In this document: piece by piece, positions 23,764 through 36,261 of the stretch
Layout: each line of letters opens with the position of its first letter
Numbering within the stretch: position 1 is the stretch's first letter
From: Hydrurus foetidus
Taxonomy: Eukaryota
Length of the DNA: 43,957 nt
Direction: 5' to 3'
Assembly (NCBI GenBank): GCA_900617105.1
Contig: UYFQ01000684.1
Coordinates: forward strand, 1-43,957
Notes under the pieces: generated by a model
Told to the model about the DNA's origin: nothing
What the model saw: the letters and a program-made list of their open reading frames with translations, nothing else
The model's database searches: none
Program-made: the position numbers and the translations under genes

Positions 23764-26700
23764 GTGGTGCCGCCCAAACGCGCAGCGGAAGCAAAGGATT
23801 CGACACCAGAATGCATGCTCCGTATAGGAAAATTTAACAACATCGTAGCGTGGAATCTCGAAATGAGCACATCAGTGGGAGCCGTGTATGGACTCACTGC
23901 CAACTTCCTGCTAAGGAATACCAGATATGTACCACCACTGCCCCGTAACGAGGACTTCACAGTGGTGTATCCGGCACCCGCGGAGGGGGAACCGGAGGCC
24001 GTGGCGATAACCGCAGCACTTACTGCAAAACTAAAAGAGACGGTCTTTACGACCCGTATGAAGTCTATCATACAAGCAAAAGAAGACGAGGCCAAAATCT
24101 GGTCTCTAATGTGGCAAAAGATGTCACCCGCATCGCGGTGCAAAGTACAGGAACAGGCCGAATACGCGGCTGCAAACATCAGTAAGGACTGTGTGATCCT
24201 GTGTGATCTCATCAGACGCACCCATCTAACCCACATAAACGGCGAAGGAGACCATCTGCAACTACTCAACGTGAAAGAGCAAGAGTGCCGATACGAGGTC
24301 CTTAAACAAGGTGAAAGAGAACATCTAGCTAACTTCATGATTAGATTTGAAGCACAGGTCCTTGCTTGCAGAGGGGCCGGGGTCCCTGAAATCACCGAGT
24401 CCAAACGTGCGTTGGATTTCGTGTATAAACTGGACAAGGCAAGATACGGCAACATGGTGGGAGATATGCGCAACGCAGCAAATAGACTGGATCCAAACGC
24501 ATACCCGCCGACGGTCATCGCCGCTGTCCGCATCGCAACCGGCTATGTGACAAATGACCCAGGGTTCTCACGGCCACCCGGTACAGATACCGATACCCAC
24601 ACTGCTCTGGTAACAGACACAGACCATGCCGGCAAGACCGACGATCTGAAGCCAGCCGGGAAAGGGAAACCCGACACGAAGAAGAAAAGCAAATCCACTG
24701 TGGAATGCTTCGTGTGTGGGAAGATAGGGCACTACGCCAGGGACTGTAAGAAAAGAAGGGCAGCGAGAAAGCACTTCTGGCATCAGGGTCGTCGGACAGC
24801 GACGATGGCGAGGAAGATCTGGAGGAAGAGGATGTAGCCTACGTTACAACTTGGAAAGGGTCCTGTTCTCAAGGGACGATGTGCTCCTGGACAGTCAGGC
24901 GTCGGTGAACGTATTCTGTAATCGAGAGTTGCTGAGCAACGTGAGACAATCGGAGACGAAAGTTGTGCTGAACGGGGTTCAAGCCAAAGCGTCTGGAGTT
25001 GCAATAGACCAAGAAGGAGATTTCCTAGACGTGGGGAAATGCTACTTCAGCAGAGAAGCTACAGCGAACATCTTGTCGTACGCCGTAATGGTCGACGGAG
25101 GCAACGACGTGAGTTATGACAAGGTCAACGACCGGTTCATACTCAAACCGGCTGGGAGCCGGAGAGTATACTCGTTCTGCAGGAAGAACGTCAGTGGAAG
25201 TGAAGGGAGGTTCTACTGCTGTCATGTGAAGACGATGGTACAGGATGAGCCTACGACCTATCCTGAGCCGAACGATCATGCGATGATCGAAACCGTTGAG
25301 AACAACTGAACAAGATATACTAAGCGCGAGATCGCTGGGGCGATAGAGCACGACTGCTGTTGGCTAAGATGGGATTCCCATCAGTGAGAAACGCCATCGA
25401 CATCGCAACTCGTGGCACCAATTTCGACGTGACAGCTAGAGACTTCGCCGTAGCTGAGGATATCTATGGGAAGGACATTGCAACGATGAAGGGCAAAACC
25501 AAGAAGCGAGTCTCGATATGTGCAGACATTACAGTGGGTGCTGCTGTGGTGCAGGTGGAACAGGTCTTGTCGATTGATGTGATGTTTGTAGACGGTGTGC
25601 CGTCTCTGATCGGACTGGCCACACCGTTGGACCTAACGATGGCTGTGACTTTGTCGGCATTCGACTCAGCACAGGGTCCGAGGTCGGCAGCCGTCGTGAA
25701 GAAGGGAATCGACGGATTCGTTGCGACCCTGGCCTCCAGAAACTTTGTTACGAGGATGATAATGAGTGACGGTGAGGGTGCAGTGGGTAAGATCAAGGAG
25801 GACCTCAACATGCTGGGTATAGAAGTCGACATCTCTGGGGCGGGAGGTCATGTGGCGAGAATAGAACGGAAGATACAGACGGTAAAGGAAAGGCTGCGAG
25901 CGTACATTGCTCATCAACTACCATTCACTCTAACATACCTGGGCGTGGCAATGTTAGTACTGTTCTGTGTCTCTAGGTTGAACTATCAAGTCTCGTCGGT
26001 AAGCGGCTCAGGAGAGAGCCCGCGAGTGATGTTCTCTGGAAGACAGACGGACGGGAAGATGGACTTCAGAGCAGGATTCGGGGAATACGCCCAATGCACC
26101 GTGCCGAACACCAATAACACTATGGAATCGAGGACGGAAGACTGTATCGTCATGCTGCCAACGGGAAACAGGACGGGATCAGTGAAAATGATGTCGATCA
26201 GTACTGGTAAGTTGATCACGAGAGATCAATTTAAAATACTACCGATGCCGTCTTACATTATCACAAGGTTGAACGAGATGGCAATGGCTGAAGGAAAGAA
26301 ACTGCTACGAAGATCCAAGATGGTATACAACGTTGAAGGAGGGTTGCGAAGAACGGAAGGACCCACGTACATACGGCCGACCCAAGATCCTGCGGGTGAT
26401 ATGGACCCGGTAGTCACGGCCAATCCGTACACCCAGCTAGATATGGACGAAGGAGAGAGAGAAGAATACCAATTCGATCCGGCGATCAATGAACATGGGA
26501 TACCCTGAAGACTACGATGCGCCGATCGTGCAGGGTGGTCAATTCAATATGGAAGACTTGGATGTGGGAGAGCTCCAGGAGTTCGGACCGGTTGAAACCG
26601 GAGAATACCATCATGCGGATGCATCCGTGCCGTGTACCCCCCCAGAGAATACACAGACACCTGTAAATACGAACGTGCCAACGACATATAGTTCAGAAAC

Positions 26701-28391
26701 GGGAGTCAACCTCGGTAATACATACGGTGACCATGACGTGGCGCTGTACGCTGATCGTACGTACCATATCGAGGCGTATCGAGGAACGTGTGATGAATAT
26801 CACGGTGAAAGAAGCACTCAAGAGTAGGGGTGACGAAGCAAAGAGGGTGATCAAGAAGGAATTGAAGCAAATGCTCGACAAGCGAGTATGGACTCCGGTG
26901 CATGTGTCACGCTGAATGCAATAGAGAAGAAGAGCATCATCCGGTCGCAAATGTTCCTGAAAGAGAAGTACCTTCCTACGGGACAGTTCGAGAAGCTTAA
27001 AGCCAGACTGGTGGCCGGAGGCAACCAGCAGGACAAAGATCTGTACGATGACATATCTTCGCCCACAGTGTCGACTAGTGCGGTCATGACAGTATTCGCG
27101 GTAGCGGCGTTCGAGAACAGGAAAGGCAGCGTGATGGACATTGGGGGTGCATTTCTAAATGCAAAAATGGGAAAGGTCGTTGTGTATATGCGACTAGACC
27201 CGACAATGTCGCCATACTTAACGAGCTAGATGGAACGTACGGCACGTACACGGACAACAGAGGATGTACGGTGGTACGGCTTGAGAAAGCCCTGTACGGG
27301 TGCGTAGAGTCCGCAGCACTGTGGTATAACAACCTATCTGCATCGCTAATGGACGCCGGGTTTAAGAGGAATGAATACGAGATATGTGTTTACAATAAGA
27401 GGAATTCGAGCGGAGTGCAATGCACAGTGGCCGTCCACGTGGATGACCTTATCATCACTAGTGAAAGTGAAGAAATGATATCAGACCTAAAGGTATTCAT
27501 GAAAAACAGGTATGGGGAAATAACGTCTGCAGACGGACCCGTGCTGAATTATCTTGGTATGGTATTTGATCTATCCATTCGAGGACAAGTTAAAATGACT
27601 ATGCAGGGATACGTCGAGGACACCATAGCGTACAGCGGGATCGTTGGACATTCCAAGAGCCCTGCCACCAGTGGACTGTTCGACACCAGAGATGGTGCGG
27701 TACTGGTGGCAGAATCGCAGAGGTCATGGTTCCATAGTGTGGTGGCCAAACTTGCATATCTGGCGAAGCGTGCGAGACCAGAGTGCCTTACCGCTGTTGC
27801 GTTCCTGGCGACGCGGGTGACGAAGTGCACCGTGGACGACATCGAGAAGCTGAAGCGGGTGGTGCAATACATCGCGTACACTAGGGAACGTGGGGTGATC
27901 CTTAGACCGGGGAAACTGGGGGTGTGCGTACGGCTGTACGTGGATGCGGCATACGGGGTGCACGGTGACGGCAAGTCACACACAGGGAGCTGTGTCGTGA
28001 TAGGAGACGTTGGAGCTGTCCACTGCAAATCGTGCAAGCAGAGCATTGTGACCAAATCGAGCACGGAAGCGGAGCTGATCGCCCTATCGGACTCAGCGAA
28101 TCAAGGGCTGTACATCCGGAATTTCCTGCTGGCGCAGGGACATGCGGTACCGCCGATTACGGTATACCAGGATAACACATCCTGTATGGCTCTCATGGAG
28201 AGAGGAAGATCGGGTGCAGAGAGGATACGGCATATCTCTATCAGATACTTCTGGTTGCGAGAGCGGATGGAAATGAAGGAAGCGACCGTGGTGCACAAAG
28301 GAACAAAGAGATGTACGCGAACGTACTGACCAAGCCGTTACAAGGGTCTCAGTTCGTCTATGAGAGAGGATGCCTAACGGGATGGATGTGA
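23764..28391 (+). pseudogene. Copia gag-pol with multiple frameshifts and a stop
   Basis: Zinc knuckle CFVCGKIGHYARDC; protease VLLDSQAS; integrase IDVMF..MSDGEG..IERKIQTVKE; RT KARLVAGG, LEKALYGCVESA, VHVDD; RNase H YVDAAY..STEAE..YQDN. Broken across at least seven ORF pieces. Confidence 0.92.
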
Positions 28392-28478
28392 AACGATATA
28401 CTACTTACTTAATAATGCGTGAATATACCATATGTGTGATACATGTGTGAGTATGAGATAACACCAGTCCTAGGGGTG

Positions 28479-28756
28479 TGTTGGATATTGCGTGTGTAGG
28501 GCTGGCGTTAGTAGAGAGGTGTACTTACGTACGTTACTTTCAAGCATGAAAGTAACGCACTACACTTTGAATGTGTGATTCGATATGCGTATATATATAA
28601 GTTAGTTAGTGTTGCGAAGAGTAAGCTTCGTGCACGGTGAACAGGGACGCCGCGCACAAGTTTTAAGAACAAGTACTTGACTGTCACTCAGTTATTTTAC
28701 GAGCCTCAGAACGTTCCCGTACGCCTCACAGCAACGCGAACCGCGGATTTCTGACA
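28479..28756 (+). repeat. 3' LTR
   Basis: Same 278-bp sequence, preceded by TAGGGGTG. Confidence 0.96.
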
Positions 28757-29932
28757 GTTGAATCTTTGGTTGAGGTGACCAACATTTGGTCGCGTAACTG
28801 TTTTTCCACCAAAGTTTTGTTGAGACGTTTTTTTAGCCCTTAAGGTCCATGATTCTATTTTTATCCCTCAAGGTCCATAAAGGCCCTTTTCCGGTCATGA
28901 ACTTCCAGTCAGATTTGACCGTTTTCACGCGCACCGGTTGCAAGATCAGTCAATCAGCTCCCCACTCAATTCGGATTATTTGAGTACTACTCACCACTGT
29001 GTACATTGATAGGTCACATTATCGACTTAACAGCTCATTATTACACGCAGCACAGCACTGAAAGGGTCGCCTCCAGTTTTAACCTAGTATGTTGAGTATG
29101 GTGAGTTTGCTGGGGCTATCAGTTTTTCTGTAGCTCAAGCCTACCATCTTTTATCACTACCTAAAGCACCGACATCGATATTTCAAGTCATCGTTTATCA
29201 TCATGATTTATTCTGCCGAGATATTAGTCCTGCAACAACCACCAAGTCTCATTAAGTCGACTGCCACGAACATTTTGCGTATGGGTAAATATGTGAGCGC
29301 TCACATCCAAACTCAAAATTCTGACTTCTTCACACTCTTATTTTTTCGTCACAGGACGTTGCAATTAGGAGAAATTTGGACTTTGAAATGGTCGATCCAT
29401 TCGAGGCTTTCAATGAAGTTCTTAGAAGAATACTAATCTGTTTACGTAGCGAAGATCACATGGACGAATTTAGAAATACTGTTTCAATAATAACTCAGAA
29501 AATTTCTCTCCATCTTCGACAAGAGTGTGAAGAGTTTGGAATGAATTTAAAGATGTACGAAAGTTTAATGGCATATAATAAAGCAAATAGAGTGAAATTC
29601 ACAAATCTTCCTGACCTCGGTCGCTTTTCTTTTGAGAGGAGGAGTGAATATAAATCAATACTATTAGTTGTCACTGTGGGTAACGGAGAAGATGTACTAA
29701 ATTCGCACATTCCTAAGGAATGGTTACAGAAAGTGGATGAAGAAGTAAAGGAAAAAACGATAGGAGAAAACAACCAAGAAATAGTCGGGTCCAAAAGTAA
29801 AGCTAAAGTTCGGGGACCTTGAAGCAAAGACTTCAAGAGTGCAAAAACAGCAGCTGTACTCTCTAAGCCTCTATTAGATAAAATTCTTAAGATCATCAGT
29901 GCCGAAGTGGGGGAGTATCAAGTTAACAATAG
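28757..29932 (+). repeat. Copy 2 of 1176-bp direct duplication
   Basis: Matches 22286-23461 and carries a GGA>TGA nonsense change at 29820. Confidence 0.95.
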
Positions 29933-30387
29933 AAATGAAATAATTGAGCATTTAATACAATCAATAAGGAAACATTAATGAAAGAATGAAAGATGATTGT
30001 GCTAAATTCAATAGCAAAATGGTATACTCCCTAAGAGAATTTTGTTGGTTTGAAAGATGTTGGCCGTCAATTTAAGCAGGTTGAGGCAACGGTGAATATA
30101 CTGCTGACAGCTGTATCCGTTATGAGCCTTAGTGATAGTGAGATTGCTTCTGGCCTTGGCGTAACGAGAACAAAAGTAGCGGCGGCAAGAAAGAAAAGAG
30201 AACGTTTTATTGATATTGTGAATGAAGAGAGTACAGATGACAATGAGCATCAGTCTGATTCTGCCTCTGAGAAGGGCATATCTTCAGATTATTCTGCAGT
30301 AGATAATTATCTTGCATTTTATAATAGTAGTGATGAACTAGATGGTATGAATACAGAAGATAGTGAGGGTGAATCAGAAACAGATGC
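29089..30387 (+). pseudogene. 5' part of Sola2-like transposase gene (short first exon, intron 29101-29354, then disrupted frame)
   Basis: ATG|GTGAGT...CACAG|GAC splices in frame to ORF 29376. It continues through a stop and frameshifts to ORF 30050 (HTH-like SEIASGLGVTRTKV plus an acidic tract) up to the YR insertion. Confidence 0.6.
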
Positions 30388-30641
30388 GACGGTTCTGTTC
30401 CGGTACTCTGGTCTTGATCCGTGAAGCCGTACGTTGAGGCGATCGTATACTCACATATGTACATACATGTTATGTTGACATCCACTTGAAGAAATGAATG
30501 ATAACACCGAGTTAGCATTATTTGTAGATACCCTACGTTGGGTGTTGTTCAAACTATACCCCGCGAGAGTTGAACCTCATCGGGCACTGAGGAGGAGTAG
30601 GTGACATCCCCCCCCAACTTGCGATCTAGCCGGGTGATCAT

Positions 30642-31838
30642 CTACTTTGTGTCTGAGGCGTACACTGCAGGAACATATCGTTTGCAGTTTTCTATATTCG
30701 GCTTAAATCCACCGACAAGAGAATTTGAGGACAAAGGACCATGCCCTGCTCCTGCGTAATCGTATACTTGGTCTCCCACATTGGAGCATTCCGAATAATT
30801 CCCTCTGTCTCTTCTGTCATCGATGGAGCATCCAGCTGCCCTCATGTGAGTGTACATTGCCTTGCGTAGCGAATGTCCCGAGAAATATATTGGTGGCAAA
30901 CCGACAGATTTGACGGCTTTCTTCACTGCTGTTCTGACCATTTTTCCAGTTAGAAATTTTCTGCTGCCTGGTGGATGATCTGATGGACGTGAGAATAATG
31001 GATCGGTGCCGACTAGATTGGCATTGACTGTCCAGTGAAATAAGTCGTCAAGCCACTGAGATTCGAGAGGACTTCGTCTGCCAATGCATTTTGTTTTCTT
31101 GAGTGATCCCATTTTGTGTGATGAGGCTTGCACATCGCACATCACAATGTTCTCTTGTGATTGCATTGCAAGACGCTTATCGCCTCCTCTGAGGCGAAAA
31201 GTTTCCGTCTCATTGTCTTTGATTGGTGTGGAGAGTATGAAAACGATTTCGTTTGCACGAATATTGTGATCAGTACAGCCTCGTTCTGGCGCTGTCATCT
31301 CGCTAATTCTGACTCCGAGATCGTAGCCCCACATTGCTCCCATGTAAGTCATTCTGCTGTCGAGTTGTGTTCCTATCCAAGGTTTGTCTTTAAAGTGTCC
31401 GTCGCGGATTATGTACAGTATGTCTTCGCAGACGGGCAGTTTAACGGTACCATTACTGTTACTCTTTTTTAGCTTCAATTCTTCAACGGTGTGCCGACAG
31501 GCTTTGCGAATTCCTGTGACAATCTGTGCATCGAAGAACTCAGTAGGGCGAAGAGCAATCGAGAAGTGGTACCGGATGTGAGCCACAACTCCAGTTGCGG
31601 CACGATCTCTCAAACCTTTGATCTCGTGTCTTTCTTTGAGAAAGAGTCCGATTCGATATGCTCTTTCCCTATCGTCTTTTGCTTTCAGTAAGTATGGATC
31701 TACTTCGCGACCGTTTTCTGATAGTGACTGCAGATATTTGTTCCAGCACGCCCAACCTGATTGATAGCGCATGATAGTACTCTTTGCAACCATTCCAGCT
31801 ATAAACTTTCCTAATCCAGCTTCCTCGTCTTTTGACAC
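30642..31838 (-). CDS. Tyrosine recombinase (YR integrase), intact frame; start codon uncertain (GTG)
   Basis: N-terminal SAM-like STIMRYQSGW..W; catalytic R (LGVRISEM), K (SSHKMG), HxxR (SGHSLRK), RGNY and a Tyr nucleophile candidate (QVYDY). Confidence 0.9.
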   Translation of the reverse strand: MSKDEEAGLGKFIAGMVAKSTIMRYQSGWACWNKYLQSLSENGREVDPYLLKAKDDRERAYRIGLFLKERHEIKGLRDRAATGVVAHIRYHFSIALRPTEFFDAQIVTGIRKACRHTVEELKLKKSNSNGTVKLPVCEDILYIIRDGHFKDKPWIGTQLDSRMTYMGAMWGYDLGVRISEMTAPERGCTDHNIRANEIVFILSTPIKDNETETFRLRGGDKRLAMQSQENIVMCDVQASSHKMGSLKKTKCIGRRSPLESQWLDDLFHWTVNANLVGTDPLFSRPSDHPPGSRKFLTGKMVRTAVKKAVKSVGLPPIYFSGHSLRKAMYTHMRAAGCSIDDRRDRGNYSECSNVGDQVYDYAGAGHGPLSSNSLVGGFKPNIENCKRYVPAVYASDTK

Positions 31839-31881
31839 GGACGATGCCTCATCTGCATGTTAATGAATATGACTTTGTGGG

Positions 31882-34503
31882 TTATGTTAAGTCGTGATTA
31901 GGATATTCATCGATAGGCTCAAACGGCATTAGCTCAATCGCCATTCCATTTAATGCACGCTGTATTTCTGTCCAGAAGTGGATAAAGTCGTTATCATTAT
32001 CGAACTGTACTTTGGGATCACAACTGTGCAACAGAATAGATGTGTACTCCGTGTTATCGACGTCAACTATCTTGGTATCACTTCGATCTATCTGACTGAG
32101 TGCCTTGACGATTGTGAGCTCTTCCTGTTTCAAGCGAGAAAGTACATCACATCTCCAATTATCCGCGCCTGATATATGTGTTCTGTCTTGAACGTTGAGT
32201 CCAAACCGAATGCAAAGTAGCGAAAAAACTATCGCCGCATTCGATACTAACTTTCCTTTTGACTTTTCTTTCCTAGCCCATGAAAGCGCGGTTAACGAGT
32301 CGCCTCGAAATTCGATCGCAATGTTGCTGATTCCCAATTTGATCAGACGTATTAGTCCGACTATTCCTCCAATGTATTTGGTAGGAGGAATCAGTTCCGA
32401 AGTTGAGCCATGAAATGTCAACTGCAGCAGCCCCCAATGAGATTTCATTTTGGTCCTTGTCTCGTCGATACCATAGTGCGCCGACTCCTGCCAGCGATTT
32501 GTCGATCTCAACTATGAACGTTACGATTTGCGGTCGAAAGGAATCGAGGGATCTTGTAAACTGTGCTTCGTTGAGTTCAACTAGCGCCAACGTTGCTCGC
32601 CACATTTGAATTGAATGTTTAGCCTCTGGTTTGAAATCGAATTCTGCTGTTTTGCTGGATCTGCCGCAAGTCGCCTCGTAAAGTGCGCTACTGAATGGTC
32701 GCATGTGTCTAAATATCATAGAATATCTTGACGCCCACGATGCAAGCTTTTGAGCGAATGGAAGAGTAGTTTTTGCTTCTGTATCCACTGTGTAAAACCC
32801 GTAAACTGTATTCAGAAAATTTTTCCTTGCAATCGACAAAGATTTTGTGTCGAGATCGATGACGTAGCCGATCAAGTCTAGGCGACGACCTGACTTGCTC
32901 TTATCATCGGCGATAGCATCTGGACCAAGAAGATCTGTGCATATTGATCTTGCTGTCTTCATGTCGTGTGTAAGGTCTTTGCGAAGGCAAACTCCCATTA
33001 TGTCATCAACGTACATCAATACTTTCCCTCTCAGCTTGTGATTCATTTCGAATGTCAACGCTCTTGTGACAACTTGGAATGCAGCGGGAGTTCCTGTCCA
33101 GCCGAACACGCCGCATAAAAAGACGAATACTCTTTGATTCGAAATAGTCATTCCCATGAGATTCGCATTGTCTGGTCTGAAAGAGAGTAACGTATATGCT
33201 CATGCTAAGTCCATTGTCCAAATGACCATATCATCCCAATTTGCAGAAGAGTCTATTCGTACACTTTCTTCAAAGAGATCAAGTATCATGAGTACGAAAT
33301 CCGATATTGTTGGATGACTTATAATACCCCAGTATTTTTCTGCTTCAAGCTTGGCGTATTCCGAATTCAGTGGTGTACCGTCGCCGTTCGATAAATCGCC
33401 GATCGGTCTCCCACTTTTCTTTCCTTTCTTTTTTGCCCAATGAGCTTTACAGCAATTCAGATTTGGTATGAATCTTAACGCTTCTGCTTCTGGTAGAATG
33501 AAAGCGAGTCCTTGTTCGTGAAGTGAAAATAGCATTTTGTCAACTGCACTGTGTACTCTAAGATAGAGATCCCGCGGTGGCGTTGTTTCGCCAAGTGCAT
33601 TTGGAGCGAAAGATGGACAGCGAGGGATGATCATTCCATCTGACAAATCGTGAAGTTTGTTTCTCTCTGGATTGTTTGGATGTAATCTGTTCACTCTATC
33701 CTTCGATAGCCGATTGGCAGAGTTGACGGCAATTTGTCGTTTCACCATAATTTTGAAGTCCAATCCTGCTGCACGGAATTTTCTCATATCACTAGCGACG
33801 GCTGATGAAGGGATCTCAAAACCGTTGGCCCATTCGATAGCCTCTTCGATTCCATAATTCTCATCAGTCGAAATGTATGCTTCCGTAAAAATTCTGCGTA
33901 TGCTATCGACCGTGGGTTTGTTCATCGGTTGATAATATTTGTTGCATGTAGCGACGATGCTGTTGAGGAGATTTTCGTTCATAATTTTCTTGGATTTAAT
34001 TTGCTTTGATGTGGAAGCTGCGATTGCAGTGTTTAATGCAGCATTGTTCAGTGTTTCCGAGCTGTGTGGGGTTCAGTAGGAATGTCGGTTGCGAACGAGA
34101 CTGATTTTAATGCTCTCTGATCGCTGGCACTATCATTCACTTCCGCAGACTTGCGAGTACGGCCTGTGGCGATATGTTGCAGAGTAGAGTATGGTGAACT
34201 CTGCATCGATTTTGATGTGTCGTCATTCTGTAATTTCGAGTTTTGAGTAATTCGGACTGTAGGAATGCCGGTTGCTATTGTGACCGATAGATACTTATTG
34301 AAATTTTGAGCATTATCATCCACTTCCGTAGTCTTCTGAGTACGGTCTGTAGTGATCCGAGTTGTGATGGTATCTTGTATGGATATGACTTCACTCCTTA
34401 CTTCCAGGTTGTATGATGCGTGGTATGTAAGGATATTTTTCGGTGTTATGGTCGATTTATATTGCCGATTGTATCTCTCGAAATTTCTCTGCTTGTGTTC
34501 CAA
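31882..34503 (-). pseudogene. RT-RNase H of YR element (frameshifts ~34060 and ~32390, in-frame stop at 33200)
   Basis: GRPIGDLS, TMDLA*AY, FGWTGTPAAF, MYVDD, LIGYVID; RNase H VEIDKSLAGVG, RGDSLTAL and HISGADNWRCDVLSR. Confidence 0.88.
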
Positions 34504-34569
34504 ATTGCCTATTCTTTTTTGTAGATCGTACTGTTGTGGTCCGATCCGCGAATCAGAACCACACGTAAC

Positions 34570-36261
34570 TTATTTCTTGAATTTGTTGGACATCTCTTCG
34601 ATGCGTTCTAGGACCGTCTCTCTCAGTGTCGGATTCAGTTTCCCTGCTAGCAGAATCGCTGTTGACTTTGTAATCGAGTTAAGCGATGCGTGCGTCAAAC
34701 GGCAATCTTTTCCTCTTTTGCATGGTGACATTTTGGTACCGTCCTTGAGCTTTGCGTTGAGCAGGTACGCAATATGAAATCTGCAATATGTTGAATCTGT
34801 GGTAACTTTCTGTTTTTCTTTATCAACGACTGACTTGTTTGAAGCTGTCGTGTCTATTGTCTGCGCAGCAATCGATGTTCTGTAATATCGCTCTCGTAGG
34901 AACAAAGATTCTCCGATTAACGACTTGAGATCTGCTACGAGCATTGATGTCAATAGATTTGCGCATCCTTGAGGAGCCTCCAGTAAAATCGTTGGGAATT
35001 CTATAGACTTGGCCTCTGTCCGCACATTTTTTCCCCACTTGTTAAAAGTTCTCTCTATTGTCCACAATAAAAGATCGTCCGAAACCAAAGAGAGCGTGTC
35101 TAGAGGTCCAGATAGAATGAGCAATATTGGATCCATAACGTGTAGAAATTCCTTCGAATAGAAAACTCTTGCTGCTACCTCGAAAGAAGATGCCGCATTC
35201 GTGAATTCACGGCGAGCAGAGAAAGTAGGTAAAGATCCGGGTGTAAACTGCTTCTGTAAGAAAGATCCGAATGATATCGAAGTTGCTGAATTTGGACCGA
35301 AGTTAGCCGTGAGAAACATTTTTAGAAACTTGTCGTCTTTTACCACAGGATGTGTAGCAATTAGGCGAATCAAGCTGGAATCCGAATATTCTGAAGTGGA
35401 ATCTTTCACTTGACATATTGACTCGTCTATGATATGCTGTTTGTACTCGCTTATCTGCAGTATGCAATCTTTTCCCATTATTTCTTTTTATCTTCCTCCA
35501 ACAAGTCTCCAAATTGGTCCAAGTTCTTTTTCTATTTTGCTTGCATCTTTCTTTTCCCTTGTGTAGCAGTAATTTCCGTCTATATCCTGTAAATGGATGC
35601 TGGACTCACCTTGATAAATATTGCTACCGCGTGAGATGAGAGGCGGCTGAATACGTTGGCGCTTGTTCGCCTGTGTCCTTGTCGCTTTGTTTGGGTCATT
35701 TGTCTCGAAATCTGTGAGTAAGATTTTAGCTGAATCCCTATTTACTCCAGCTGGTACAATGAAGTTTGCTGGTGTGATAAGAATATTGTGTCCTGTCTTT
35801 ATCAAGGGCCTATCCTCATCAATGAATAACTGTCCAATGATAAGAACCAAACATTTTCCCTGTTGGATCTCCTTAATAAACCCCAAAACCCAGTCGCATG
35901 AGGAAGCGAAGTCTACGTTTGCTTTCTCAGGGCCAACTGATCTTTCATTTGTCCACATTATGAAAGTATGAATCTCGATTTCTTCAGCTGGAACGATTGC
36001 TGACTTTTGACAGGCGAAAATTTCGCCTTTTGCAGTGGTGAAATCATCGACGATGCCTGACGTGAAATCGATCGATTCTTGACACTCAGCTATAACGGCA
36101 ACGTAAAGTGGGCCGACGGCTATACAAGTATCTCTATCGAATCGTTTCCTTTCAATGATGGGAATGACCGCGAGATCTAGTGCACCCGGTACGAGTGGAT
36201 TTTGTGGAGGTACTCTAATAGCTGCCACGTTTTCGAGCGGAATAGGAACATCGTCTGCCAT
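34570..36261 (-). pseudogene. gag-like ORF1 of YR element (one in-frame TAA at 35488-35490) with C-terminal Cys/His finger
   Basis: ORFs 35488-36261 and 34570-35478 share a frame; C-terminal CRFH...CKRGKDCRLTH. Confidence 0.65.

Larger units (their letters stand above)
23463..28756 (+). mobile_element. Full-length Ty1/Copia LTR retrotransposon (5294 bp)
   Basis: 278-bp TG...CA LTRs at both ends, with gag-PR-IN-RT-RH order between them. Confidence 0.97.

Noticed and set aside
23676..24533. 285-aa antisense ORF over Copia gag (and similar antisense ORFs over other genes)
   Set aside because: No recognisable motifs; explained as shadows of the coding strand.
1..28391. Programmed frameshifting in the Copia ORFs
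   Set aside because: Breaks are numerous and fall inside conserved domains, which fits decay or sequencing indels.
30586..30615. Hammerhead ribozyme (CTGAGGA core)
   Set aside because: No GAAA after stem II and no closing stems found.
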